Below, in pieces: positions 27,430-44,433 of a stretch of 64,000 bases of DNA. The notes under the pieces are model-generated. The model was not told the origin of the DNA. It saw only the letters and a program-made list of their open reading frames with translations, and ran no database searches. The stretch is from assembly GCF_009914755.1 (NCBI RefSeq), contig NC_060927.1. One strand, given 5' to 3'. Each line of letters begins with the position of its first letter. Within the stretch, counting starts at the first letter, position 1. Made by a program: the position numbers and the translations under genes. The DNA comes from the human T2T-CHM13v2.0 reference genome, Homo sapiens.

Positions 27430-27755
27430 ATGAAGTTGTAAAAAACATTAGGGGCAGGGAAAGGATATATCATTACATGAAAAAAACAAGTTACCAAAAT
27501 TATATACATAATGTTTACTAAAAATTGCTTGTTTAATAAATAGATATGTGTACATGAAAAAGGGGAGAAGCACAGACTGAGAAAGATGAGACAAATAGTA
27601 AGAAAGAGCCAGAAAGGGAATAAACTGATACTTACATGTTAACAATGTTACCAGTGGGGCTGGGGATTACAAGTATATTTTGTATTCTTTGTGCTTTTCT
27701 GTAATTTACAAATTTTCTAGAACAAATGTGTTTCCTTTTAAATCAGGTAAAATGT
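27430..27755 (+). mobile_element. Ancient L1ME-type 3' end
   Basis: 'atgttaacaatg...ggggattacaagtatattttgtattctttgtgcttttctgtaattt...tttctagaacaaatgtg'. Confidence 0.55.
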
Positions 27756-29161
27756 TGTAAGAATGGTCCCTTTCTTTGCCTTTTCTTGGAGGAATAGAAT
27801 CAAGGTGGTTTTATTACTTGTAAGAATTTTGATTCTAGAAATATTGCTGCATTCTTCCAGGTAGGCATGCCAAGCACTTAGGCATGGAGATCACATTTTA
27901 CCTTCTACCTAATAGCGTCTGCGTTTCCAGATTGCTCCCCAAATAAAAACAAGCATTGAACTTCCAATCAGTGATGATAATTTAATTTCTCTCTCAGCTA
28001 TAAGTACCAGAAAACAGTCAGGCAATCAGTGAGAAAAAACGTGTTCTCCTGGTTTATTTTTACATTAAGTAATTAACATTTTCCTCTTTAACTAACATGA
28101 GGTCTAAAAAGTATAGGCTCAGCTGACCTAATTGTGTAGGACTTCTTGGAACTCTGTATGTTTGGGGGTTAGGAAGAACAGAATGGAGGAGTGAGGTCTT
28201 TAAATAAAACCTGGAAATGTTTATAAGTGTTCTTCATAATACAGAAACTCTAAGACTGATTTGTGTCATAAAATAATGTCAACAATTTGGAAATGGGCAA
28301 AAGAGATTACTAGGTATCTTCAGTGGAGTGTGGGTCATCGTTTAGCAGATCTTTCTGGTCTGGAATTATCAGATTCTACAGGGATGTGCACCTTTGTTGG
28401 TCTATTGTCTAGGTGATTTTATAACTCTATAGTGATAGAAGTTAAGTAGCAATCATTTTTTATCATAATGAAGCAAATTAATTTTGTCCAGTAGAGATAC
28501 AATTGATTTCCATTGTGTAGAAAAGATTACCTTAAATGATGTCAATATTCAAAACTCTATGTACATGTTTGTGTGGCTTTTTTAAACTGAAAATCTCCTT
28601 TGAATAAGTTTTAATATTCCACTGGTTATCTCATTAATTAATTAAATACTTCTTGATTCATATTAATTTCTCACTTACATAAAAGTCATGTGCTTAATTT
28701 TTTGAAAAATTATCTTAATAACTGAAATATATTATATTGGGGTTATAACATGCAGATCAGAGCCAAAGTGATCCACAGAACTCTGGTGTTCTATAGAGGT
28801 AATTTAGGAATCTTTAAAATATTTAATTTGGATTTCACTTTTAAACACATTTTTACACATTTTTTCAAATGATAATGAAAAACAACAAATGTACTAAAAT
28901 ATGTTAAATACCAAGTTTTTTTTTAATTTCACACTGGATGACACTGACACATTAACTGTGGTTTCCATTGAATGACTTTATAACATGTAAAAATTATGGA
29001 TTTGAGACCATAAAATAAATCAATTCAAATAAAATACGGCTTTTATTTGCATAATGGAGTGATACATAAAAGGTCATTAAGAATATAAAAAATTCTACTT
29101 AAAAAAGGACTGTTCTAGATTAGGTTCACCTTTAATCACTGCAGATTCAATGTAGGTAAAG

Positions 29162-29358
29162 CAGGCTTTGTCTATTGACATTTTGATCTATAATTCTTTG
29201 TTGTAGGGAGCTGTCTTGTGCGTTGTAGGATGTTCAGCAGAATCCCTGGCTTCTACCCACTACATGCCAGTAGCACCCCCTCTCCAGTTGTGACAACTGC
29301 AAAATGTCTCCAGACATTGTACCTCGAGGGATAGAATTGCCCCCAGTTGAGAACAATG
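29162..29358 (-). mobile_element. MER20 (hAT-Charlie DNA transposon)
   Basis: 'ctattgacatttt...gtaggatgttcagcag...tctacccactacatgccagtagcaccccc...gttgtgacaac...aaatgtctccagacattg...cccccagttgagaac'. Confidence 0.9.
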
Positions 29359-29364
29359 AAACTA

Positions 29365-29508
29365 AAAGGATGAAGAAGAAAGAGGAGGAGGAGGAGAAAA
29401 AGAAGGAGGGAGAGGAAGGGAAAAGCGGAAGAGAAAGAGAAGGAGAAGGAAGAGGAGGAAGAAGGGAGGAAGAAGAAAAGGGGAAGAAGTGGAAAGAGAA
29501 GAAGGAAC
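29365..29508. repeat. GA-rich low-complexity polypurine tract
   Basis: About 140 bp of almost pure purines (GAA/GAG/GGA). Confidence 0.9.
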
Positions 29509-29539
29509 ATTTATAGGAGGCAATTTGACTTAACAGGGC

Positions 29540-30132
<593 letters not shown>

Positions 30133-31888
30133 CAAGTTGTCTATTTTCTACACAATGGATGGAAATGTCTAGGAATAATAATTTATTAATTATGGTAAAA
30201 GACTAAAAATTAGTTCCTTTTCTTTGAGACCCCTGTAAGGACTCAGGAAGAGCATCACTAAAATTTTGTTGCACATTATTTGAAAGGAAACATTTCTAGT
30301 AATTCTCTTGGGGCCACATGCAACAGAGATAAACATTTTTGAAGTTATCTTTTTACCATCTGCAGCCAAGGCTCTTAAAACTCAGTGATAGTGTCAGAAA
30401 CCTATGTCATTCTAAATGTATAGCTCCTGTTGAAAACTTAACAGAAGCAATATTGATTGGAAGGAAAGACCCAGAAAAGGTAGCACATGTGATATTTTCC
30501 TACTTAGTAACTGCTTCCTTAAACCTTCATAAATCACTCAGTAATCCAGTAATATTGAGTTCTTTTATTAAACATAAAATGACATGACAAATAATTAGAA
30601 ACTTGGCAAGCCTATTGTTCTATGTCATCCAATAGGCTGTTTCTCAGGGCATCCTTTGATCCTGACCATTTGTCTGACAGTGAAGAAACCAAATGTGACA
30701 GCTTGAATGAAGTTCCTGTCCCCAGATTCCTTAAACTCAACAGAGCATATATTTCATTAGAAACAATAGTATATTGCAAACAACCACTATGACTGAAGCA
30801 GAGATTGGAAGAGGAACTATAAACACTAAATCATTTTGAGGAGACAACCTATCCTGATCAAGAGTTTCTCCCATTGAAATGGTACTTCAAAGTATGCAAG
30901 GATTCCCGGGTTGAGGATTCTGCAGCACTTAAACTTTTACACTAAACATGAAAAAGTAGGGGATTTGGTTCTGGATTTTCTCCTGCTTCTTCCTCCTCCT
31001 CTTCTTCCTTCTCTTCTTCATTCTTCTTCCCCTAAACAAGAGTAGCAAGGTAGCCTGAAAATTCCTCTTCCTGTAATAGCCTTTCCAATATCAGAGTCAT
31101 TTCCATGCCAGTAGACACAAGTTTTAGCCATTCCCAAACCAACACTGTCACAAGATAGTGGAGTTTTTTGTATGCTCTGAACAACATAGATCCCTTGTCT
31201 AGGATTATTGACATCTTTGAAGATTCAACTATAGAAAGGATGAAAGTTAAACTTTGAAAGAGAAAGTTGAACCTGCCTAGCATCTGGATCATACAGAAGC
31301 GTGCTCAGTCTGAGTTGAAAAACTGAGCTCATTTCTGTATCACTTTCACATTTAACATTTCTTAAATAAGCTCTACTTAGGTTGTCCAAGGTAATTAGAG
31401 AATAAAATGTTACTTTTGTTTAAAAGGCATATACAATAAAGATATTGATAGTTTGTGAATAGTTTAAATTCTTCAGAAAGTCACTCCATCATTCACTCAA
31501 TCTGCCCTCAGTTTAAGACAAGAATGAATATTGTGACTCATGTAGTTAATTTTAAAATGTGATCAGATTTAAGAGATGGGTTGGGAAAGCCTGCTAACAT
31601 TCACATTTCTATTAAGGTGACACAGCATACAACATCTGCAACGGTAGACAGGATTTTCTACATTCAGAGTTGATCTTCTAGGCATTCATTGTTGTAGTCA
31701 TCTGCTCATTCAATTGTTCAATTGTGTTTTGTTAGTAGTTTCTACTAACTGATACTTGTATAGAATTTTAAGGTTTATAAGGTGTATTTCTTCCATGTTA
31801 TCTCACTTAGGCAAAAGCACTGAACTAAATGTTCTGGTAATACCATGAGGATTACCTAAAAGGTGATCCTCTTAAAAATGTCCAAAAG

Positions 31889-32273
<385 letters not shown>

Positions 32274-32314
32274 TTAACTTCAAGGAAATCTTTATCAACT
32301 GACATGGAATCTTA

Positions 32315-32985
32315 GATTTTTGGAAGATTGAAGGATATAATATTAATATTTAGAACCAGTTGTATTTCTATATACTAACAATGGACAGTCAGGAAATGAA
32401 ATTCTAAATAAATAATTTTATGTTAGTTACAATAGTACAAAATATATTAAAATACTGTAGCGTAAAGTTGGCAAAATATGTGAGAAGCCATCACATTGAA
32501 AACTATAAAATACTGCGGAAAGAAATTAAAGAAAATTTAAAGGAATGAAGATATATATTTTGGCTCATGAGTCAGAAAACTCAATAATGTTAAGAAATCA
32601 ATTCTCTCCAAATTGATCTAAAGATTGGATGCAATCCATTTATAATGTTAACAGACTTTTTGTAGAAATTGAAAAATTAATTATAAAATTCACATGGAAA
32701 TGCAAACGGCCTAGAATAGCCAAAAAAATTTTTTTGAAGAAGAAAGAGTTAGAAGGCTAATACTACCCGATTTCAAGAATCAATAATCAAAATGTTATAG
32801 AATTGGCTTCAAGATAGACATGTAAAACAATAGAAAATAATAAAGTCCACAAATACATGCACATTTAGATAAATTACTGATTTCTGATAACGGAGCAAAG
32901 ACAATGCAGTGGGAAAAGTGCTTTGGCAAATGATACTGAAACAATGGGATATCTATATATAAAAAAGAACTTGGAATCCAATGAC
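32315..32985 (+). mobile_element. Ancient L1M ORF2 fragment
   Basis: Decayed ORF2 text ('gttgtatttctatatactaacaatg...gaaaactataaaatactg...aaaattcacatggaaatgcaaacggcctagaatagcc'). Confidence 0.75.
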
Positions 32986-33274
32986 TAATGCTAATGCGAG
33001 TGTTGTATTCTAAAAATGTGATTTCTTTCTTCTGACTTTGGTATCTTATATAGGACGCTAGCATAGAATTTTGTGAAGGATTTGAAATGTCCAAAATATC
33101 TCTCTAATTAGTGCAAATTATAAAGTCCTGGCATTGGAAATAGTTGTGGAGTGTATCTCTAAACAGTGATCTATCTAAAAGTGGGTTTATTTGTGTACTT
33201 GATTATTTTTTATTGATTTATATGTCTATCTTGAAGCCAATTCTGTAACTATTTTGTTATCTTTCTTCCAATGA

Positions 33275-35030
<1,756 letters not shown>

Positions 35031-36024
35031 AAAGAAGAAGCACAAACCTTAAATTATAGGCATCTAACTTTGAAATTACTCGAAGAAGCAATATTTTACC
35101 ATTATTTTTACTATTGTTATCAGCACCAATCGAGTCTCTACCCACTGGGCATAAATTGAGACAAGATCAAGATATTTAAAAATATTTTTCAACCCATCAG
35201 ATTAATCAAGAATTTGGTTGATGTATACTATAGGATATAGTTTAGCATTTGTGCCTCAATTGCAATATAGTTATAATTTATTCTCAGCCTTAGTTTTTAT
35301 ACATTTTCATTCTGAGAAAATTCCACCAGGATTTGGAAGATACCTTATTTAATTCAATACTGGGCTCTCATTCAGTTACTTTTTTTCACCTGAGAAATTA
35401 ATATATTTCAACTATTCAGTGGTTGGATATGGAGAGATGATCACTGAATTTTCCTTCAAGCTCCTGGTTTCTTAGAGAATTATTTGGACACTCTGTTGAG
35501 TTATTATTTGATGGAAGGAGTAGAAATTCACTCAAAAAAGCTTACATGAGACCATAAAAACTTACGAGAGTATATGGAGGCCTCAGAAAAGCTCAAAATG
35601 CTTTCAACTTTGAAGAAATATCACTTTTCAGTGAAAATGGAGCCCTCACTAAGTTGTTTATTCTTTTTCTGTTTCAAATTTTACATTTTTAAGATAATAA
35701 TAGTGGTAAAAATATAGCTTCTCTATAGAAGTTCATCAATTTCTCTAGTTTTGGGTGAAAAAGAAATCTGTGATATCCTTTGTCAGGTATAACCTGTGTT
35801 TATGTCTGACACTTTAGAACACTGCATGGTTCTCTTCTGGGATATTTAGTTTTGTGTATTTTAATATAGAATGAAACTCTCTCAGGATAGGAATCTCTAA
35901 AAGTAATAGAAATATAATAAAATATTTTAATCTGTCTCTAAAAAAATTAGTTTGGAAACAAAGGATTACCCTCATTGTACAGTAGAGTACATTTGAATTT
36001 ATGTAAATATATTTTATTGTGCTG

Positions 36025-36914
36025 GCCTCTGGGCATTTTTATTCAGCTATAATTAACACACAATTCACAGATCTTAAGTCTTCCGTTTAATGATTTTTGA
36101 CAATTGTATAAGCTCATATAATGATCACTCTAAACAAGATATAGAATATTTCCCAGAAAGTGTCCTCATGACCTTTTCCATCCAATTTCCCTTGTGAAAT
36201 TATTATCTAATTTCTATCACAATGGATTAGTTATATATATTTGGATTTCATATAAATGGATCACACAGCATGTATTTTTCAGGTTCTGATTTCTTTCGCT
36301 TAACAAAATATTTTTGAGACTTTTGCATGACAAGCAGTTCATTCAACTTTTATTGCTGAGAAGTATTACATTTCAAACATATACCACAATGTATTTATTA
36401 ACAAATTGAGCATATTTTGTTTCTGCTTTTTAACTATTAATAATAATGCTGCTATAAAGATGTACATGTAGGTCTTTGTATGAACATATGTTTTTATTCC
36501 AAACCACTGAGTAGGATTGCTTGGTCATCAGCTGAGAATGTTTATAAGAAACAGCCAAACCGAGGAATTTGTATCATTTTACATTTCCACCAGCAATGTA
36601 TGAGAGTTCCAGTTTCTCTATATTCTCAACAATTTTTTTTTAATATTAGCCTTTCTTGTGGATGTGAAGTGTTAACTCATTGTGGATTTTTTTCATGTAC
36701 CTATTGACTGTTAATATCTCTTCTTTTGTGAGGTATATGTTAGTCCTTTCCTCCATGTTTATTAGGCCATCCATCTTTTATTAATTTTTAGGAGTTCTTT
36801 ATATATCTAGATGCAATTCATTTGTCAAATATATATATATATATACTATCAAATGTATGTATTGTGTTTTCAATCTGTTGCCTGTTTACTCATTTTCTTA
36901 AGCTATCTCTTAAT
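36025..36914 (-). mobile_element. Ancient L1ME 3' region (resumes at ~45319-45460)
   Basis: Reverse L1ME 3'UTR/ORF2-end text. It continues after the L1MC insert; degenerate TSD taagctatctcttaat / taagttatcttttgat. Confidence 0.7.
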
Positions 36915-39102
36915 TAATAAACTATATTTTCATAGCAGTTTTAAGCTTAAAGAAAAATTGAGCAGAAAGTACAGAATGTTCCCATATAGATGCCCCCCAC
37001 CTGCCACATCCTCACACAGTTTCTCCTATTTCTAACACCTTGTGTTAGTATGGTCCATTTGTTAAAACTGATGAGCCAATATTGATGCATTATTGTTAAA
37101 TAAAGTTCATGGTTTACATTAGGGTTCATTCTTTGCACTGTACATTTGTAAGTTTTGACAAATGTACAATGACATGTGCCCACCATTACAGTATTATATA
37201 GAATGGTTTCACTGCCCTAAAAATACCCCGTGCTCCACCTATTCATCCCTCCCTCTTTCACCCAGAATCCCTCATAACCACTTATCTTTTTACTGTCTCT
37301 GTAGCTTTTGCCTTTTTCAGTATGTCATAAAGTTGGGATCATACAGTATGTAGTTTTTTCGGATTGACTTTTTTCATTCAGCAATATGCATTTAAGATTC
37401 CCCTATGTCTTTTAATGACTTGATAGCTTATTTCCTTTTATTACTGAATAATATACCATTATAGCTATATATTATACTACAGTTTGTCTGTCCATTCATC
37501 TATTGAAGGATATCTTAGCTACTTTCAATTATGAATAAAGCTGCTATAAACATCTGTGTGCACATTTCTATGTGGATATAAGTTTTCAACTCCTTTGGGC
37601 AAATACCAAGGAGCATATTTGCTGGATTATATAATAAGGGTATGTTTAGTTTGGTAAGAAGTTGCTAAGCTGTCTTCCAAAGTGGCTGTTTCATTTTGCA
37701 TTCCTACAAGAAATGAGTAAGAGTTCCTGTTGCCTCACATCCTTGCTAGCATTTGATGTTAACAGTGTTTTGGATTTCAGTCATTCTAATAGGTGTGCAC
37801 TGGTATTTTGTTTTGATTTGCAATTCCCTGATAGTATTCAATGGTGAGTAATATTTCATATGCTTTTTTGCTATCTGTATCTGCATTGTTGGCGGGGTGA
37901 CTGTTTAGATCTTTTGCCTGTTTTTTAATCAGATTGTTTACTTTCTTGTTGTTGAGTTTTAAAAGTTCTTTTTATATTTTGGATACTTGTCCTTTATCAG
38001 ATACATATTTGGAAAGATTTTTCCAAGTCTGTGCTTTGTCCTTTCATTCTAATAGCTGTCTTTTGCAGAGAAGTTTTAAAATTTTAATGAAGTATAATGT
38101 ATCAGTTTTTTCTTTCATGGATTATGCTTTTCATATTGTATCTAAAAAAAATCAACAAACCCAAGGTCACCTAGATTTCCCCCCATGTTATGTAATAGTT
38201 TTATAGTTTTGCCTGTAAGTCTTGAGTTAATTTTGAGTTACTTTTTATGAAAGATGTAAGATCTGTGTCTAGATTCTTGGGATTTTTTTGGATGTAGATA
38301 GTTGATAGTTCCAGCACCATTTGTTGAAGCTCTGTCCTTTCTTCATTTAATACTTCGTTCCTTTGTCAAAGATCGGTTGACTATATTTATGCAGGTAAGC
38401 TACTAAGCTCCCTATTCTGTTCCATTCATCTGTTCATCTATTCTTTCACTAATACCACACTTTCTTGATTGACGTAGCTTTATAAGCAATTCTTGAAGCT
38501 GGGTTATAACCGTCCTCTGAATTTGTTGTCCTTCAATATTTGGGTCTATTGGCCTTTCCATGTAAACTTTAGAATCATTTGTTGATAGACACAAAATAAT
38601 TTGCTTACATTTTGTTTGGGATTACATTGAATCTGTAGATCAGATTGGGAAAGACTGACATTTTGGCAATATTGAGACTTCTTATCCATATATATGGAGT
38701 ATTTTTTCTTATATTTAGCTCTTTTTTATTTCCTTCATCAAAGTTTTATAGTTTTCCTCATAGAGATCTTAAATATACTTGTTAGATTTATATCTAAGTA
38801 TTTAATTTTGTGTTAATATAAATGTTATGCTTTAAACTTCAAATTCTATGTGTTCATTATTGGCATATAAGAAAGCAATTGATTTTTGTACATTAATCTT
38901 ATTCCCTGCAAACTTGCTGTAATCACTTATTAGTTCCAGGAAGTTTTTTGTTGATTGGGATTTTCTATATGTAGACAACTGTGTCATCTGTGAATAAAGA
39001 CATTTTTTTTTTCCTTCCCAAACTATGTATGTTTTATTTCCTTTCCTATCTTATTGGATCAGCCAGGACTTCTAGTACTATGTTAAATAAAATTGGTGAG
39101 AA

Positions 39103-39514
39103 TTTCACTCGCGTCCATGTGAAGAGACCACCAAACAAGTTTTGTGTGAGCAATAAAGCTGTTTATTCCACCTGGGTGCAGGTGCGCTGAGTCCAAAAAG
39201 AGAGTCAGCAAAGGGAGATAGGGGTGGGGCCGTTTTATAAGATTTGCGTAGGTAAAGGAAAATTACAGTCAAAGGGGGGTTGTTCTCTGGCGGACAGGAG
39301 TGGGGGTCACAAGGTGCTCAGTAGGGGAGCTCTTGAGCCAGGATGAGCCAGGAGAAGGAATTTCACAAGACAATGTCATCAGTTAAGGCAGGAACAGGCC
39401 ATTTTCACTTCTTTTGTGGGGGAATGTCATCAGTTAAGGCAGGAACCGGCCATATGGATGTGTATGTGCAGGTCACGGGATATGATGGCTTAGCTTGGGC
39501 TCAGTGGCCTGATA
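39103..39514 (-). promoter_or_regulatory. HERV-H 3' LTR (LTR7, type-I repeats)
   Basis: Direct repeat of 44434-44850 with two copies of 'aatgtcatcagttaaggcaggaac'; purine tract adjacent on the minus strand. Confidence 0.95.
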
Positions 39515-40586
39515 TTCTTGTCTTCTTATATTAATAAGAAAAATAAAACAAAATAGTGGTAAAGTGTTGGGATGGCGAAAATTTTGGGGGATGGTACGGA
39601 GAGATAATGGGCGATGTTTCTCAGGGCTGCTTTGGGCAGGATTAGGGGCGGCGTGGGAACCTAGAGGGGGAGAGATTAAGCTGAAGGAAGATTTTGTGGT
39701 AAGGGGTGATTATTGTGGGGTGGTTAGAGAAACATTTGTCATGTAGAATTATTTGTGATGGCCTGGATATGGTTTTGTATGGAATGAAAAACTAAACGGA
39801 ATAAGAGAAGGAGAAATACAGGTATTAAAGGACTAAGAATTGGGAGGACCCAGGACATCTAATTAGAGAGTGCCTAAGGAGATTCAGCATAGTCCTGCCA
39901 GCAAAGATTATTTATTTACTTTAAGAGTTAACAGTGGCAGTTTGGGGATAGCACCAGGAGATATCAGCTGTGATGGCTTGGATAAACAGTGTAAACCGGC
40001 AGTGTAAACAAGAGCAGGGCATGTATGAGTAGTTGAGAACGGTGAATAGGAGTATGACTAGACAGAAGATAGTAGGGATGACAAGTTTTTTTGGGCACAG
40101 TCCAAGTTGGTCTGGTGTCTGGAATGAGACTGGGGCTTAATAAATAGGAGCATCAATACAGGAGCTCAAATGGGCTGTACCTTGTAGAATTCCAAGGACA
40201 GGCCTGAATTCTGAGAAGGGAAACTGGTAAAAGTACTGTCCAGTCCTTTTTAAGTTGGTGGCTGAGCTTGGTGAGGTGTGTTTTTAAAAGACCATTAGTC
40301 CATTCTACTTTTCCTGAAGACTGAGGACTGTAAGGGATAAAAAGGTTTCACTGAATACCAAGAGCCTGAAAAACTGCTTGGCTGATTTGACTAATAAAGG
40401 CCGATCTACTATCAGACTGCATAGAGGTGGGAAGGCCAAACCGAGTAATTGTGTCTGACAGAAGGGAAGAAATGACTATGGTGGCCTTCTTAGAGCCTGT
40501 GGGAAAGGCCTCTACCTATCCAGTGAAAGTGTCTACCTAGACCAAGAGGTATTTTAGTTTCCTGACTCAGGGCATGTTGAGTAAAG

Positions 40587-42105
40587 CTAATTTGCCAGTC
40601 CTGGGTGGGGGCAAATCCCTGAGCTTGATGTGTAGGGAAGGGAAGGGGCCTCAATAACCCTTGAGAAGTAGTAGAATAGCAGATGGAACACTGAGAAGTT
40701 ATTTCCTTGAGGATAGATTTCCACAACGGAAAGGAAATGAGAGGTTCTAAGAGGCGGGCTAGTGGCTTGTACTATAGCATAGCCTGCCTTTGCTGGTGTG
40801 TGGCCATTAAGCCTGGTGGAACTGCCATCAATAAACCAAGCGTGATCAGGGTGAGGAACAGGAAAGAAGGAAATATGGGGAAATGGGGTGAATGTCAGGT
40901 GGATCAGAGAGATACAGTCATAGGGGTCAGGTGTGGTATCAGGAATAATGCGGGAGGCCAGATTGAAGTCCGGGCCAGGAACAATGATAATTGTGGGAGA
41001 CTTAACAAAGAGTGAGTACAGCTGAAGGAGCCGGGGAGCAGAAAGTATATGTGTCAGGTGTGAGGAAGAAAATAGATTTTGGAAATTATGAGAGCTGTAG
41101 AGAGTGAGTTGAGCATAGTTTGTGATTTTAAGGGCCTCTAAAAGTATTAGGGCAGCAGCAGCCACTGCACGGAGACCTGAAGGCCATCCTAAAACAGTAA
41201 GGTCAAGTTGTTTGGACAAAAAGGCTACAGGACGCAATCCCAGTCCTTGTGTAAGAATTCCGACTGCACAGCCCTGCACTTCAGCTGTGTGTAATGAAAA
41301 GTGTTGGGATGAGTCAGGGAGAGCTAAGGTGGGGGCAGTCTCTAAAGCTGTCTTCAAGGAATGGAAACAGGAGTGGGGAAAGGATTTAGGATCTATGGGG
41401 TCAGCTAGGTTTCCTTTTGTGAGTTTATATAATGGTTTTGTTAGGATGGCAAAACCAGGTATCCAAAGGCAAAAGTATCCAACCATGCTCAGGAAGAAAA
41501 GGAGTTGTTGTTTTGTAGAAGGGATTGGGGTTTGGGAGATTAGCCAGACACGATCAGCAGGGAGAGCACGTGTGTTTTTATGAGAATTATGCGGAGATAG
41601 GTAACAGATGAGGAAGTAATTTGGGCTTGACTGAAATAATGGGGGCCGTCTGTGAAGCTATGCGGCAGTACAGCCTAGGTAATTAGCTGAGCTTGATGGG
41701 TGTCAGGTCAGTCCAGGTGAAAGCAAAGAGAGGCTGGGATGGAGGGTGCAAAGGAATAGTAAAGAAAGCATGTTTGAGATCCAGAACAGAATAATGGATT
41801 GTGGAGGGAGGTATTGAGGATAGGAGAGTATATGGGTTTGGCACCATGGGGTGGATAGGCAAAACAATTTGGTTGATTAGGCATAGATCCTGAACTAACT
41901 TGTAAGGCTTGTCTGGTTTTAGGACAGATAAAATGGGGGAATTGTAAGGAGAGTTTATAGGCTTTAAAAGGCCATGCTGTAGCAGGTGAGTGATAACAGG
42001 CTTTAATCCTTTCAAAGCATGCTGTGGGATGGGATATTGCCATTGAGTTGGGTAAGGGTGATTAGGTTTTAATGAGATGGTAAGGGGTGCATGATCGGTC
42101 ACCAA
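40587..42105 (-). pseudogene. HERV-H pol remnants (RT N-terminus, thumb/connection, start of RNase H)
   Basis: ORF 41683-42105 (SPYNSPIL, VQDL, LDLKHAFF) and ORF 40587-41486 (PVAFLSKQLD, WFIDGSS). The YxDD segment is deleted (LPHSF..HYFSQA joins directly to QITSSSVTYL). Confidence 0.92.
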
Positions 42106-44412
42106 GGAGGGAGTAGAGGTATCTTATACTTGTGGGTTAAGGTGGGGGCATACAAGAGGAGGATGCAAAGGAGGCTTTGGATTGGGAAGAAGGGCGGCAA
42201 TGAGATGTAGCTGTAGTCCAGGAATAGTCAGGGAAGCAGATAATTTAGTTAAAGTGTCTCAGCCTAATAAGGGAACTGGGCAGGTGGGGATAATTAAAAA
42301 GGACTGCTAAAAAGAGTATTGTCTAAGTTGACACCAGAGTTGGGGAGTTTTAAGAGGTTTAGAAGCCTGGCTTTCAGTACTCACAACAGTTATGGAGGCA
42401 AGGGAAACAGGCCCTTGAAAAGAAGGTAATGTGGAGTGGGTAGCCTCTGTATTGATTAAGAAGGGGACGGACTTACCTTCTACTGTGAGAGTTACCTAAA
42501 GCTCAGTGTCTGAGATGGTCTACGGGGCTTCTGAGGCAATCGGGCAGCGTCAGGCTTCAGCCGCTAAGCCAAGAAGATCTGGGAAGGAGTCAGTCAGCCT
42601 TGGGCCAGAGTTCCAGGGGCTCTGGGAGTGGCTGCCAGGTGAGTTGAACAGACCAATTTCCAGTGGGGTCCTGCACAGATGGGACACAGCTTAGGAGGAA
42701 TCCTGGGCTGTGGGCATTCCTTGGTCTAGTGGCCAGATTTCTGGCACTTGTAGCAAGCTCCTGGGGGAGGCAGTTCTGGGGGAACGCCTGGCTGCTGCGG
42801 TTCAGGTGTTTGGAAGTTCTTGTGTGCTGGAGATGTGGCTGGGGTTTGTCTCACAGTGGAGGCAAGGAATTGCAACTCAGAAATATGTTGCTACTTGGCT
42901 GCCTCTACTTTATTATTGTACACCTTGAAGGTGAGGTTAATTAAGTCCTGTTGTGGGGTTTGAGGGCCAGAATTTAATTTTTGGAGTTTCATTTAATGTC
43001 CGGAGCAGATTGGGTAATAAAATGTATATTGAGAATAAGATGGCCTTTTGACCTTTTAGGGTCTAGGGCTGTAAAGTGTCTCAGGGTTGCTGTCAAACGA
43101 GCCATGAACTGGGCTGGATTTTTATATTTGATGAAACAGAGCCTAAATGCTATCTGATTTGGGATAAAGAAAAAGGAGCATTAACCTTGACTATGCCTTT
43201 AGCTCCAGGCACCTTTTTAAGAGTAAATTGCTGGGCATGTGGGGGAGGGCTAGTCACGGAACAAAGCTGTAAGCCGGACAGGGTGTGAGGAGGGTGGGGT
43301 GATAAAAGGATTATAGGGTGGAGGAGCAGAGGTTGAAGAAGAATTAGGACCTAGCTCAGCCTGGCGAGGAGGGGAGCGGTCAGATGGGTCTGTAGAAAAG
43401 AAAGATTAGAAAGACTCAGGGATGCTTGGGGTTGGGATTGAGGGGACAGGTGGGAGGGAAAGAACGAAGATTTGGGATGAGTTGCAGTGGTAACAGAGAC
43501 TAGGGAGGGACAATGTGTAAAAGAATGCCTGGACGTCAGGCTCCTCAGACCATTTGCCTATTTTATGACAAGAATTATTTAGATCTTGTAGGATGGAAAA
43601 ATTGAAAGTGCCGTTTTCCAGCTATTTGGAACTACTGTCGAGTTTGTATTGGGGTCAAGCGGTGTTGCAGAAGAAAATAAGATGCTTAGATTTTAGGTCA
43701 GGTGAGATTTGAAGAGGTTTTAAGATCTTAAGAACACTGGCTAAGGGAGAAGAAGGAGGAATGGAAGGTAGAATCTTGCCCATAGTGAAGGAGGCAAGCC
43801 CAGAGAAAAGAGAGTAGAGACATGGAGAAGGGAGGTTGGAGCACAGAAATAACGGATCAGGGTGCAGAGATAAGAGGTCAGGGTTCCTGCCCCTCTCCCA
43901 GAAAAGTGGGACTTGCCGCTAAGGGTGAAGGAGAAGGGGTTGAAGCATTCTTGCCCCTCCTCCAGAAAAGCAGTACTTGCCGCTACGGGTGAAGGACCAA
44001 GGCAGGTGTCCCTGCATGGTCTGACACCTCTGAACCTGTGTGAATAATCAGAGAGGCATTCCTGCAAAGATTAAACACCAAGGGAAGGCCACCTTCCCTA
44101 GTCCGTGACTGGCGCCGGAGTTTCTGGGTCCACAGATAAAACGTGTCTCGTTTGTCTCTACCAGAAAATAAAAGGAATTGAAATTAAGAGAAGGGAGAGA
44201 CTGAAGTGTGGCACCAAGATTGAGAGGAGAAAGAGGTTGAGGGATAGTGAGAGAGGTTGGAGAAGGGAGTAAAAAGAGGCCACTTACCGGATTTAAAATT
44301 GGTGAGATGTTCCTTGGGCTGGTTGGTCTGAGGACCAGAGGTTGTAGGTGGATCTTTCTCATGGAGGAAAGAGCAGGAGGACAGGGGATTGATCTCCCAA
44401 GGGAGGTCCCCC

Positions 44413-44431
44413 AGTCTGAATCACGGCACCA
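44413..44431 (-). other. Primer-binding site, tRNA-His type
   Basis: Minus strand TGGTGCCGTGATTCAGACT lies just 3' of the 5' LTR and matches the His PBS TGGTGCCGTGACTCGGAT apart from a few substitutions. Confidence 0.9.
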
Positions 44432-44433
44432 AA

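Noticed and set aside
29253-29516. E/K/R-rich ORF
   Set aside because: It is MER20 plus the GA-rich low-complexity tract.
40587-42105. Functional HERV-H reverse transcriptase
   Set aside because: The YxDD region is deleted and the frame is broken, as is typical of the common deleted HERV-H form.
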